Shown piece by piece: positions 1 through 10,200 of a stretch of DNA of 64,000 nt. This DNA comes from a virus, in the IMG/VR virus record IMGVR_UViG_3300037586_005524, positions 19,221-83,220 of that record. One strand, 5' to 3'. The notes under the pieces were generated by a model. The model was not told where the DNA came from, searched no databases, and was given only the letters and a program-made list of their open reading frames with translations. Every line of letters starts with the position of its first letter. Within the stretch, counting starts at the first letter, position 1. Position numbers and translations under genes: made by a program.

Positions 1-1
1 C

Positions 2-3000
2 GATGGCAAAAAAGTTAGTAGTGGGCCTTATATGTTTTGTAAAAACAATATCATCAGAATCTAAAATCTTCACCATATCAGAAGAATTGACATTCTCTGG
101 TATGTTTTGTTTTGCTGAATATATGTATTCCTTGCTTATAACAGATTTATTTGGAGAAAAGAAATCTCCTTTTCCTGTATGTTGTAAACTAGTGATTCCA
201 CTTATTGCTCCGTAACTTGAAGTAATATTTATAGAACCAGAAGACATGTCCGCAACTGAGAAACTAGCATTTTTATCACTAGTTCCATAATATGAATCGC
301 TATTTGCTGGGCCCGAACTAGATAATCCGGTAAAATCCCAATTTAAAGCAAGGGTTTCTATTTGGGGAACATATGGTTGAGTTATCCCTTCGTTTTCTCC
401 ATCGGATGGCATAACTTCAAACAAATATGCAGGCTTGTATGGATTTAATCGACCAATATTTTTTGGGTCTCTGGCGTGTGCTCGAATGGTTTCATTATCA
501 AGATAGTCTAACCAGCATCTTAATGAAGAAAACTTAATATCAGTTGGAGTTAAATAGGACCCAGTAAAATTAGTTCTATGTGCGCCTGCATAAGCTCGTT
601 TGGAGCTAGATAGAAAGTTTTCTCCTTGTGCTTGAGATAGATTTCCAGTAACTAAAAATTCATTATTTATAGTATTTAAATCATTATTAACACCATAAAA
701 CTCTATCACATATGCAAGAGGGCCATCCGCTTTCATCTTTTCGTCCATTTGAGAAAGAGTGCCAGATACGTAACTTGCTAATGGATGCTTTTCTGGTCTG
801 ACCCGAACGGCAAAATTCCATTTATTATTATCATATACTTCTTTAAACACACTGCTTGTTAGCTCTAAAGCGAATCCCTCATCCGAACTACTAAGCATAA
901 AAAATGCATCTTTATTTGTAAATCCGGCCGAGGACACGATATCGTCATTTAATGTCTTTCTACATGCATAAACTTGAAAATTTGCAGAGTCATCGCCGTG
1001 CCAAGTTAAATCATTATAGTTTTGTGCACTACTGGGAGGCTCTTCATAGTTTGTTTGCCTGGCAGTATGCATACCAAAAAGGGAGGCCGAAAGGTTTGAA
1101 AGCATAAAATAATTTTGATCCCGTGGAGATCCGGGATCTGGAAAAATAATCTCTGCTTCTGTTGTAAAAGGAATGGCGATACGAGTAAGCGAAGTGGATG
1201 TCGGTGTTGATTTTGAACCCGAAATAAAGGATACTGAGTTTGTATTTGCGCTAGATGTAAATTGATAAATTGTTCCATAAGCTCTGCCTGAATTACTAAA
1301 ATCAACACAATTCTTTTTAACGGTCACTGAAGAAAAATTATTTTCAAATGTATAGTCTGATTGATCCGCATATAAATTTAACTTTAAAATTTCATGATCA
1401 ATACCAAAACATCTAATTAAATTTCTAAATGCTTTTTCGGTGCCTTTAGACTTATAGATAAGAGATAAAGAATTATAAATATTTTGATATATTTGATTTT
1501 TTATATGATAAAGTTTTTTTTCAAATAACTCATTATTAGACTGATTTAAAAATTGTGCTAAAATGTCGGCATCTGCAAATATTTCTGACGTCACGAATCC
1601 TTTTGATTCCAAGGCATCTTTTATAAAATGGTGTGGCTTTTCATAACTTCCGCTTGGATAAACTACATTTTGCAAAGTAGGCAATTCTTGTATTTGTAAT
1701 TGCAAAGTATCAAAATAACTTGCCATTATTTGTGTTAGTTTTTTAAGTATTTCTCCATTTTCACCATCTTCATTTATTATCCAAGCAGGCAAAGAATTAT
1801 AAATGGCTGCATTATTTGAAAGATCGTGATGTTTTCCTTTGCTTATAGAAGAAGTCAAATAAGCATTTACATCTGGGTGTGTGCTATATAGAATCGGATC
1901 TTTAAACTCATAAGAGGCCGTTACTAAATTACTCAATGTAATAGCTGAACCGGTTTCTCTATGGCCAGAAGTATATCCTATCCAAGTTCCATTATTAACC
2001 CGTCCAGAATAGTCTAAAATTGTTGAATCTGTGGGATTTTCTCCTGTTACGCCCTCATTAAACTTATAATAAACGCCCAAATGTGTATTTGCATTGTCAG
2101 TATTTGTACCGCCGCCGACTTGCGTAAACCAATGTCGTCCAATTTGTTGAGAGTTTCTTTCTGTTTTCCAAAATCTAAATTCATCTAGCGCGCCGGAAAA
2201 CGGAGCCCAGCCTAATTGTGGCGTGCTATCGCCGCGCGGCGAAGTTGCAAGAACACCGATTGTTGCGAGCATGCCGCCGCTTACATAATCAACAGTTGCG
2301 CTTGACTGTTCTCTAATTAAATTAGTGGTGGTACCAACAATTGTATCATTGTGGGCTCCGTCGACATATAATTTTGCTTGTAAGTTTCCGGCCGCAAGAC
2401 TTCCGGAATTTGCAAATGTAAATGCATAATGATGCCACTTATCATCACTAAAATTACCTGTTATCCCTTGACCAATAGACGCTGTTTGAAAACCCACTCC
2501 GCCAGTGGTACCATCGGTGCTGCCACTTATATATGTAACTTGAAATTCTGGGTTGGCGGCGCCAGCACGGTAGATCTCTATGGCCATGCGACCATACCCA
2601 GCTTCAGCTTCTGTTGCATTCACGGTATAAGTGTCAAATACTACTTCTCGTGCTAGCCGAGTAGTATCTTCTTTTTTCATCCAAAATTCTACTGTATTGC
2701 CATCAACACCATCGATTTTTAAATTAGATTCTCTATTTTGAGATTGGTCATAAATATTGGAGTAACCACTTCTATAGTCGCCACTAGTATCGGTTACTTT
2801 TTTTCCTTTTCCGCGAGTGCTAGGATGTGGGCCGCCTCTAAATAAAATATATTCTGGGGTGGAAGAACTGAAATAATTATTTGAACTGGCGCCATCAAAA
2901 TAGCCAGAAGTGTCGCGAGCCGCAATGCGAATAAAACCATTTGTTCTAGGATATTCATTTTCAAAAACATAGTTATCTAGATAAGAAGAAGAAAGGTACC

Positions 3001-3259
3001 AAGAAGTTCTCTCATATAAAGAGCCATCATATGGATAAGTTTGATAAATTCTTTTAACGGCATCATTGTAATATTGTTCTGCAGAACCAAAAAATGCAAA
3101 ATTAGAAGCACTAGAAAAATCAATTCGAGGAACAAATCTTTCTTTTTCTTGGATATACGCGCCCATATATTCATAAGATTCAACTTCTTTTGCTAAAGAA
3201 TCGATATCTGCTGAACTTACTATAGTTTGTGGGTCATCAAAATATTTTTTTGTATCCAT
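2..3259 (-). CDS. Large virion structural protein with LamG/concanavalin-like domain and baseplate wedge-like region (runs off the left edge of the window)
   Basis: Absent from the ORF track, presumably because no stop falls inside the window. ATG at 3257-3259; my translation of the N-terminal ~650 codons gives MDTKKYFDDPQ..., LamG motifs TVEFW, KWHHYAFTF, LYVDG, FSGALDEFRFW, YYKFNEG and later YLYKSKGTEKAFRNLIRCFG (wedge-like KGT motif). Lies directly downstream of the baseplate genes. Confidence 0.75.
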   Translation of the reverse strand, partial: MDTKKYFDDPQTIVSSADIDSLAKEVESYEYMGAYIQEKERFVPRIDFSSASNFAFFGSAEQYYNDAVKRIYQTYPYDGSLYERTSWYLSSSYLDNYVFENEYPRTNGFIRIAARDTSGYFDGASSNNYFSSSTPEYILFRGGPHPSTRGKGKKVTDTSGDYRSGYSNIYDQSQNRESNLKIDGVDGNTVEFWMKKEDTTRLAREVVFDTYTVNATEAEAGYGRMAIEIYRAGAANPEFQVTYISGSTDGTTGGVGFQTASIGQGITGNFSDDKWHHYAFTFANSGSLAAGNLQAKLYVDGAHNDTIVGTTTNLIREQSSATVDYVSGGMLATIGVLATSPRGDSTPQLGWAPFSGALDEFRFWKTERNSQQIGRHWFTQVGGGTNTDNANTHLGVYYKFNEGVTGENPTDSTILDYSGRVNNGTWIGYTSGHRETGSAITLSNLVTASYEFKDPILYSTHPDVNAYLTSSISKGKHHDLSNNAAIYNSLPAWIINEDGENGEILKKLTQIMASYFDTLQLQIQELPTLQNVVYPSGSYEKPHHFIKDALESKGFVTSEIFADADILAQFLNQSNNELFEKKLYHIKNQIYQNIYNSLSLIYKSKGTEKAFRNLIRCFGIDHEILKLNLYADQSDYTFENNFSSVTVKKNCVDFSNSGRAYGTIYQFTSSANTNSVSFISGSKSTPTSTSLTRIAIPFTTEAEIIFPDPGSPRDQNYFMLSNLSASLFGMHTARQTNYEEPPSSAQNYNDLTWHGDDSANFQVYACRKTLNDDIVSSAGFTNKDAFFMLSSSDEGFALELTSSVFKEVYDNNKWNFAVRVRPEKHPLASYVSGTLSQMDEKMKADGPLAYVIEFYGVNNDLNTINNEFLVTGNLSQAQGENFLSSSKRAYAGAHRTNFTGSYLTPTDIKFSSLRCWLDYLDNETIRAHARDPKNIGRLNPYKPAYLFEVMPSDGENEGITQPYVPQIETLALNWDFTGLSSSGPANSDSYYGTSDKNASFSVADMSSGSINITSSYGAISGITSLQHTGKGDFFSPNKSVISKEYIYSAKQNIPENVNSSDMVKILDSDDIVFTKHIRPTTNFFAI

Positions 3260-3263
3260 GTGC

Positions 3264-4904
3264 CTACTCTATATCTGTTGAGTGTTTTTCTACTCTAAAT
3301 TTAAAAGTCTCTGGTTGCTCTACATATTTTCCATTCAAATAATATACAATTTTAATTCCGTACATATAATCGTTCTGAAGTATTGACATATCTAAATCAA
3401 AATAGCTTCCACTAACATCATATGAAGCTCTTGTGTGATTTAAACTACCTGTCCCATAATCAAGAACAGTTAAATTATCGTGCACTCTAAACACTTTATA
3501 ATAAACATCTTCAATAATAGAAGATGATATCTCTGTTGTTGCTTTTGTATATATATTTGGGCTCCAGTTTTTATTTCTGGCAAATAATCTAAATCTAGCA
3601 GTCTCCTCATTAGAATAAATTGATTTAAGATTTTTTATAGAAGTGGCATAAGTATCGTTAGGATTGTGCTCGTATGATTCAAAGCTTTTAACGGCTATAC
3701 CTGATCCTGTGTGAAATTCGATATAGCTGGCACCGGTGCCGCGATGAGTAGTGGCGCTTCCTGTTGACCAAACATCATAAATTGTAGTTTCCGAGCCCGT
3801 ATATGCGAATGAGGCGCTATAAGTACCTGAAGCAATATAAGAAGCAGTTATAACAAAAGCATTGTTAGCCGTTACACCTCCTCCTTCTGGTAGGGATTTT
3901 GCGTTACCATCAAGAGTAGCAAAAATCCTAACATCTAATTTTGTTTTTTGAACATTTTGTAAAGTTCCAGCATCGAGCCTAGCACCCGCTCCTCCTAAAT
4001 TTGGTATATCTTTTAATTGCCCTCTAATATAATTGTACAAATAAAGAGTATTCAAATTGTCGGCGCCGCTAGCTAAAGAACTACTTAAATAAAAATTTCC
4101 TCTATTGTCTTTTTTAGAAGAATCCCAACGAGCCTCAATTGCTGGTCGTTTAAAGAAATATTCAGACCCTCTAGCAAAAAACTTTTTAGTGTAATACGAA
4201 TCTGTAGAGCCAGTTGGATTTTTAAGCAGGCCATTTGTGCCATCAGTCATGTCTGTATTTTCATATTTGGCCTCTTGGCTGCTTGTTAAATGTACGCCAA
4301 ATCCATATCTCGCACTTGATTTGTCGCCTAGAACGTTTCCAGGAGAATGTAACCATTGTTCTACTAGCGTTGTCACATCTATCTCAAGATCTTCTGTCCC
4401 TTTTTCAAATGTTTGTTGAAAAGTAGAACCCTCCCCTGTATCATAGTCACCGCCGGGCCTTGTCCAGGTTGTTTTTTCTGTTGCCCTCATCCAATTCGAA
4501 CCTGTGCCATCATATGTTAGATCTCTATAACCTTCCATGTCGAGGCCGCGGCCTTCTTCCCAATCTTTAGTTACTGCAGATGCAGAAAGTGTGAAACTTC
4601 TTGGAACCGTAAATGGATGTTTGGCATTGAACATTCTTAAATAAAAACTTACGCTTCCGGAAGCAGGAATATCACCATTTGTTCTATCTGTGTTTATATC
4701 TGTAACTGGAAAATTAATAAGAACTCTTGATAGTTCTGCTGTTTTTGCTGCGTTAGAGCCACTAATTGTTTGTCCATATATTGAAAAAATCTCCAAAGAG
4801 TCCGACATCCCCATATTTGAGCCAGTGCCGCGTGTTGTTAAACCTGCTTTAAACGCATTTGTAATTGTTGTGTCTGCGTTTGCTGTATACCTTTTTATAG
4901 CCAT
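3264..4904 (-). CDS. Virion/baseplate-associated structural protein (beta-rich, DNRLRE-like N-terminus)
   Basis: 546 aa, Gly/Ser/Thr rich; ADTTI...NMG.SDSLEI...SRVLINF pattern; translationally coupled to the gp6-like gene. Confidence 0.55.
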   Translation of the reverse strand: MAIKRYTANADTTITNAFKAGLTTRGTGSNMGMSDSLEIFSIYGQTISGSNAAKTAELSRVLINFPVTDINTDRTNGDIPASGSVSFYLRMFNAKHPFTVPRSFTLSASAVTKDWEEGRGLDMEGYRDLTYDGTGSNWMRATEKTTWTRPGGDYDTGEGSTFQQTFEKGTEDLEIDVTTLVEQWLHSPGNVLGDKSSARYGFGVHLTSSQEAKYENTDMTDGTNGLLKNPTGSTDSYYTKKFFARGSEYFFKRPAIEARWDSSKKDNRGNFYLSSSLASGADNLNTLYLYNYIRGQLKDIPNLGGAGARLDAGTLQNVQKTKLDVRIFATLDGNAKSLPEGGGVTANNAFVITASYIASGTYSASFAYTGSETTIYDVWSTGSATTHRGTGASYIEFHTGSGIAVKSFESYEHNPNDTYATSIKNLKSIYSNEETARFRLFARNKNWSPNIYTKATTEISSSIIEDVYYKVFRVHDNLTVLDYGTGSLNHTRASYDVSGSYFDLDMSILQNDYMYGIKIVYYLNGKYVEQPETFKFRVEKHSTDIE

Positions 4905-6715
4905 TATTTAACAGTTCCTTTAATATCCAATTCCGGAAACTTTACTTCGAAAATAGCATTTTGTGGGATTGCCACATATCTTCCGTCCGGAGAAGTAAAT
5001 TCATCTATACTAAAACCAATTTGTGAATAATTGCTTGCATCTTTTTTAACAATTTTAACATTAACTGTGTCCGCAACTCCGCGTACGCGATTCAAAGTTG
5101 AGTATATCTCTGTGATGGAAAACGATTCCCCAATGGAAAGTACTTTTTCTTTGATTCTCTGTCTCAGGGCTCGTGATGCAACTTCTAAAGTATCGAATTT
5201 ATTTGCTGCAGAATGACTTACAATTTCAAACTCAATTCCAATATTAACAATTTCTGCATCTAAAATGTCTACTGTATCATTTATCATTTTGTAGCGGTTG
5301 ACCCAAGTTTTAAGATTCTGTTTTAGTGTGTCGTTTGCTTTTATTAATTTAGTGTTTGCATCTTCAGATAAAATGTATAAATTAAGATTTCTTTTAAAAG
5401 AGTCTACATCACGAATAACATGACATTTTTTAATGGCCCCAAATTGAGCAGGCAACCTATAAACTAAGCTTGAATAATCTTGTAAAGTTACTGCACGACT
5501 TTGGGCAGAAAATGTACTTTTAATTCTTTGTTTTATTTGTGTTACGCTGGGCGTGGTTATGTTACCCAAAATAGGTTCGTCGTTGTTTACTTCTAAAGAT
5601 GTTATAACCTCATTTAATTTTGAACTAACTAAGGTCGCACCATCCAATACAGAAGGAAATTCTAATCTAGCATCACGTTTGGCTACTAAAGTATTGGCGG
5701 CAGCATTCGTGTTTGATGCAGTATTAATACGATATCTAATAGTTAAAATAACATTGGATGGGCTAATTCCTAATTTATCTGTTGATAATAAATTAGTTGG
5801 ATCAAAAGATTCGTCTGTAATATAGTCTCTCCCGTGAATTTTTAATATTACTTGACTTGGATCTTGGACTGCTGCGACTTCTGGCGTTAATTGATCTTCA
5901 GAGCCGTATCCAAATTGTAATATAGTTGTTCCATATTCTTTTACAACAGTAAATCGTCTTGGTACTGCAACTGTTTTTAAGATAAAAGGAGTGTCTTTCC
6001 TGTCTGAATTTGTATTATTTATTGGAACATAGATTGTATCTTGGGAAAGCTCTTCTACTTCAGACCATTCATTTCCATCTTCGTCCGCTACGGAAATAAT
6101 TTCTGCCACATTTGCATTCTTTAATATTATCCTGCGAAATGGCTCGTGGTCTCCAACTGTTGCTACTTCACTTTCAAACTGGCCAGAGACTACAGAACCA
6201 TGGGCTTTGACTGCATAATGTGTTGTTAAGGAAGAGTCTTCATCAAATTTAGCTGCAATAATATCATTTTTGTTATTAGAAAAATCTATATTTTCTAATA
6301 AAGTAAAAATATTACCATTCGTTGAAATAAAAGTGCTCCCTCTTCTTAAAACAGGGATGTAATCAGAATCGACTCCAATACCATTTGAATTGGCTGGAAC
6401 TAAAATATAAAAAATTGCTGTGCCATAAGAAGATGGAGATGTTTCATATTTATATCCTAATTGTTTTCCCAATCTTATTACATTATTGTATTCAACCGCA
6501 GTGTCTAAAAAGGATTCATTTACTTGATAATCTAAATAAAAAGATAAAATGTCTCCAACATATGCTACGGTGTCAAGCATAAGCGCACCGAAGGAGGACT
6601 TATTAAAATCTTTGAAACTTTCAGGATAGTAAGTTTTTGCATATGATACTAAATCACTCTTAATTGAATTAAAATCTCGACTACTATATTTAATTGGTAT
6701 TTGTTTTTCAGACAT
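4904..6715 (-). CDS. Baseplate wedge subunit (T4 gp6 / baseplate J-like)
   Basis: N-terminal YSSRDFNSIKSDL...DFNKSSFGALMLDTVAYVGDILSFYLDYQVNESFLDTA and C-terminal QSRAVTLQDY are hallmark gp6 motifs. Confidence 0.9.
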   Translation of the reverse strand: MSEKQIPIKYSSRDFNSIKSDLVSYAKTYYPESFKDFNKSSFGALMLDTVAYVGDILSFYLDYQVNESFLDTAVEYNNVIRLGKQLGYKYETSPSSYGTAIFYILVPANSNGIGVDSDYIPVLRRGSTFISTNGNIFTLLENIDFSNNKNDIIAAKFDEDSSLTTHYAVKAHGSVVSGQFESEVATVGDHEPFRRIILKNANVAEIISVADEDGNEWSEVEELSQDTIYVPINNTNSDRKDTPFILKTVAVPRRFTVVKEYGTTILQFGYGSEDQLTPEVAAVQDPSQVILKIHGRDYITDESFDPTNLLSTDKLGISPSNVILTIRYRINTASNTNAAANTLVAKRDARLEFPSVLDGATLVSSKLNEVITSLEVNNDEPILGNITTPSVTQIKQRIKSTFSAQSRAVTLQDYSSLVYRLPAQFGAIKKCHVIRDVDSFKRNLNLYILSEDANTKLIKANDTLKQNLKTWVNRYKMINDTVDILDAEIVNIGIEFEIVSHSAANKFDTLEVASRALRQRIKEKVLSIGESFSITEIYSTLNRVRGVADTVNVKIVKKDASNYSQIGFSIDEFTSPDGRYVAIPQNAIFEVKFPELDIKGTVK

Positions 6716-6739
6716 ATTTAACGTATTTCCCTTATAATA

Positions 6740-7132
6740 TTAAATAGTGTCTTCAAAGAAGAATTCCACAACATCATAGATCCGTAATGGTTTGATAAGA
6801 TATTTAATTTGAAGTTTAAATAAATGAGGATCTCCATACTCTATTTCATCTGGGCCGAACATTGTTACCTTCACTTCTATAAATGGCATATATTTATTAA
6901 CTTGACTTATGATTCTTGTTTCTATTTCTTGGTACGTTAGCTCGTGATTTGGCTCAAATAAATAATTTCTTATTCCGACACCATATTCAGGATCCATAAT
7001 TCGTTCACCAGGTGCAGTTAAAACAAGCATTTTTAAATTTTGAGATACCATTTCTGCATAAGTTTTATTTAATGTATAGCCGTCGCTTGTATCTTCTTGT
7101 AATGGTAATTTTGGTGATAGCCCTGATGCCAT
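6740..7132 (-). CDS. Baseplate wedge/sheath initiator protein (gp25-like)
   Basis: QNLKMLVLTAPGERIMDPEYGVGIRNYLFEP is the GPW/gp25 signature; AAGGAG RBS upstream. Confidence 0.92.
   Translation of the reverse strand: MASGLSPKLPLQEDTSDGYTLNKTYAEMVSQNLKMLVLTAPGERIMDPEYGVGIRNYLFEPNHELTYQEIETRIISQVNKYMPFIEVKVTMFGPDEIEYGDPHLFKLQIKYLIKPLRIYDVVEFFFEDTI
6741..6748 (-). promoter_or_regulatory. Candidate phage late-promoter motif ACTATTTA (upstream of the gp6-like gene)
   Basis: Exact copy 25 nt upstream of the ATG at 6715. Confidence 0.5.
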
Positions 7133-7205
7133 AAAAATCTCTCCTTTAGTTATAATTACTTCTTTTTTATAAAATTGGGCCTATCTTTCTAAATTCTTTT
7201 TAATT

Positions 7206-10200
7206 TTAACAGAGTGCGTCTGTCCCTAGCACATCATAAGGGTCCCAAATCTTAGTGTCTAGACCATGAGTTACTGCAATTTGGCGGTTCCAGTTGCCTT
7301 CCATGAAGGCCACATCGAGATCGTCGATATCGCCCCCGGCAGCCACGTACTTCTCCCCGATCTGTGCGATCTCGGCTGGCGACAGGCCACTCTCGGTTAT
7401 TAAAGTGCCGGCGGGCGCTGTTAGCAGACCTGTTATATGTAATTCCACACCTCCACGGTTTCGGTTTGGGAGCGGCTTGCCGTCGAACCATTCACCGCCG
7501 GCGTCTTCAGCATTGCGATCAACCCACTGAATAGTTACAATATCCTGTAAATTATTTTGAGTTATGAACTCCTCGATGCTTTTCTTTATTGACCCGGCGA
7601 GATAGTTGAGTTCTCCACAACTACCATGGTCAACTGAAAATGCCCAGCCGCTGCCCGCGCTGGTGGTGTTTTCGCCGTAAACCCAGGAACTCCCCATATC
7701 TTTGACTGCAATCTTTGTAGATGTACTTCCATGCACGTTTGAGTCAGGATCATCTTTTTTCCATTTAATATAACCAAGGGTTTTATCACAAGTTGCCTCG
7801 TAAAAATGTTTTGGCCCATCTGGCTGGCCTACTACAAATGACAGAGTATTTCCGTCCAGGAAGTTCGGGCGGAAATACTCTCGTGTTTGAGCGCTCGGGT
7901 GATGCCAGTTTCCTTTACAGTTTGTACCCTCGTAATCTTCGTTAGTGTACGGGAACTTAATAACCCATGCCACCACAGGGCTGTCCTTAGTAATTTCTTC
8001 AAGCTTTTTCTGAATTTCTAGTTTTTTATCTCCTTTTTCAAATATAGAAACCTCTTCGCCGAGGAATGTTACCCTACTAAGCACTGGTTCCCACGTATCA
8101 CAGGCCTCATCGATACACCACTGGAAGTTCGACAAGCTTGGCAAATATGACGGTCCGGGGATTGTCTGCTGGCCGCCGGCGCTCAACACATCATTATAGA
8201 AGCCCTCAAGTATAAGAATTTGTTTTCTTGCTAATTCAAAGGTGGCCTTATTGTCGCATAAATCAACCAAGGTGTCTGAGACAGGGAAGGGCGAAGAATT
8301 GACACTTTCACAATTAAAATATAAAATATCTAAAAATCCCTGGCTTGAGCCTGGCAGAATCATGCTGTCTGCCACCCAAGCATTATTTATATAATAATCT
8401 TCGTTTTTTGTTAAATCGCTTATTACTCTTTTATATTTCTCAATATAATCAAATGCATGTCCTTCGACTTCTATGAGCGTATCATAATATTCTCTTAAAG
8501 TAGAAAATATTACTTCTAAGTTCATATCTGATGTCGCTTCTCCGGCTTTTTCTGCAGCTATCAGAGTATCAAATAACGCTGTGTCTGAAAACTTTCTATA
8601 TTGGTAGGCCCAATCGAACGACGCCCCGGGGTTGTCCCGAGGGAAAGCAGTTGAGTTAGAATTCCTCGCCTTATATTTTTGGCGGAGAATCCAATTGCGG
8701 TCATCTTCCATTATATTATAAGATTTCATCAACATGTCAAACATTTTTTCATCCGCCGTATATTCTTCTTTAGAAATTGTTGGATCTTCATCGACTGCGC
8801 TGTCGCATGCTTTAACCTCGGCGGCTTTCAATTGGTCAGGTGCTTTATTCCCGAACCAAATACCGCTCATTGTGTCGCCTAAATACTTTTCTAACATGCA
8901 CATAGTAAATCCTGCAGGGGTCCATGGGGTCATGAAAAATGGATTACATTTTTTCCATCCTGGATCAGTGGCTTGAACCATACCTTTCATAATACCAAGC
9001 GGAGTCATGGCAAAAATTTGAGAATAGCTTGGTGGGCTCCCAAGCATTAAAGTTTGAAATTTGTTCCACCAGCTATCCTCTCCTGTGTCTTCTGTTTGAC
9101 TGGTTTGTTCTTGACTGGCGGCTTCGGCGCCTCCTTTCAATGGATCCGCCGCTTGTGTATTAGAATAGAATAGAGATCTTAACATTCCTTTTGTTTCAGG
9201 AAACATGCCACCTTTTAATTCTGTTTCAGTGTCATAAACAGGAAGGCCGTTGCTGTCTTTATTGCCCGTGTCATATTCAGCCTGTGTTGTTTTCGTATAT
9301 TCATCTAGTTCGAAAGTCTGCATAAGAACATATAATGAAATCAATGTTTTATAATTATCAATCGGAAATATTCTTCCAAAAAGTTTTTCAAAATCACTTG
9401 TTTCTGTCATTAAACCAAGAAGCTTGTTAAGAGGGAATTCATCTTCAATTGAATCTTGATAAGAAAAATATCCCAAAGGCACTGCTTTTGTGTCCTGGGC
9501 CAACTTCACGAATCCGTCTGCAATAGTTTTTGCATCTTGGTCTGATTTTCCTTGTTCCTTCGCCTGGCTTTCATAAAAACTATGCAGTGCGCCTGTTTCT
9601 GCAAAATTAAGACCACCAACAGGGAGTTCAACCTCCATTAATGGTATTTCAATTATGGGCGGTGATATGTCGGCGCCTTCTTTTAAAGTTGTTAAAGCGC
9701 TTTCATACTCAACGAACATATATGTTCCAGTGTCAAGCTCTGCTTTTCTAAGCTTTTCATATAAAATATAAGCTTTTTTATTCAACAAATTTGGGCCTTC
9801 AATGGGCCCATTTATACTTGTATTAAAGGGCAGTAAAAGTTTATCAAGGTCGATCTTTACAGTCTTGTTAGTGTCGTCTGAGTTAAGTTTCCTTTTTACA
9901 GGTTCTTTTTCCAAACCCAGATAGATGGTATCGCCGGTGGAGGGATCGATCTGGATCGCCGGCGGGCCAACGCCGGAATATACAGGGGCATAATCATATC
10001 TAAGTGGCAGGACATAAACCAATCTTAAGCCATACATCCATGGATCAAAATAATTTGTATGTGGCTCGCTAGCTTGGACAGAATTTTTATATTTTGCTAC
10101 ACCAAAACTATCGGCCGTCATTGCTTCCCGCCATTGGTTTATATTAATATAAGCACCTGGCTTTTCATCAAGATTGTCAGGAGTGTGCCAAATATTTCCA

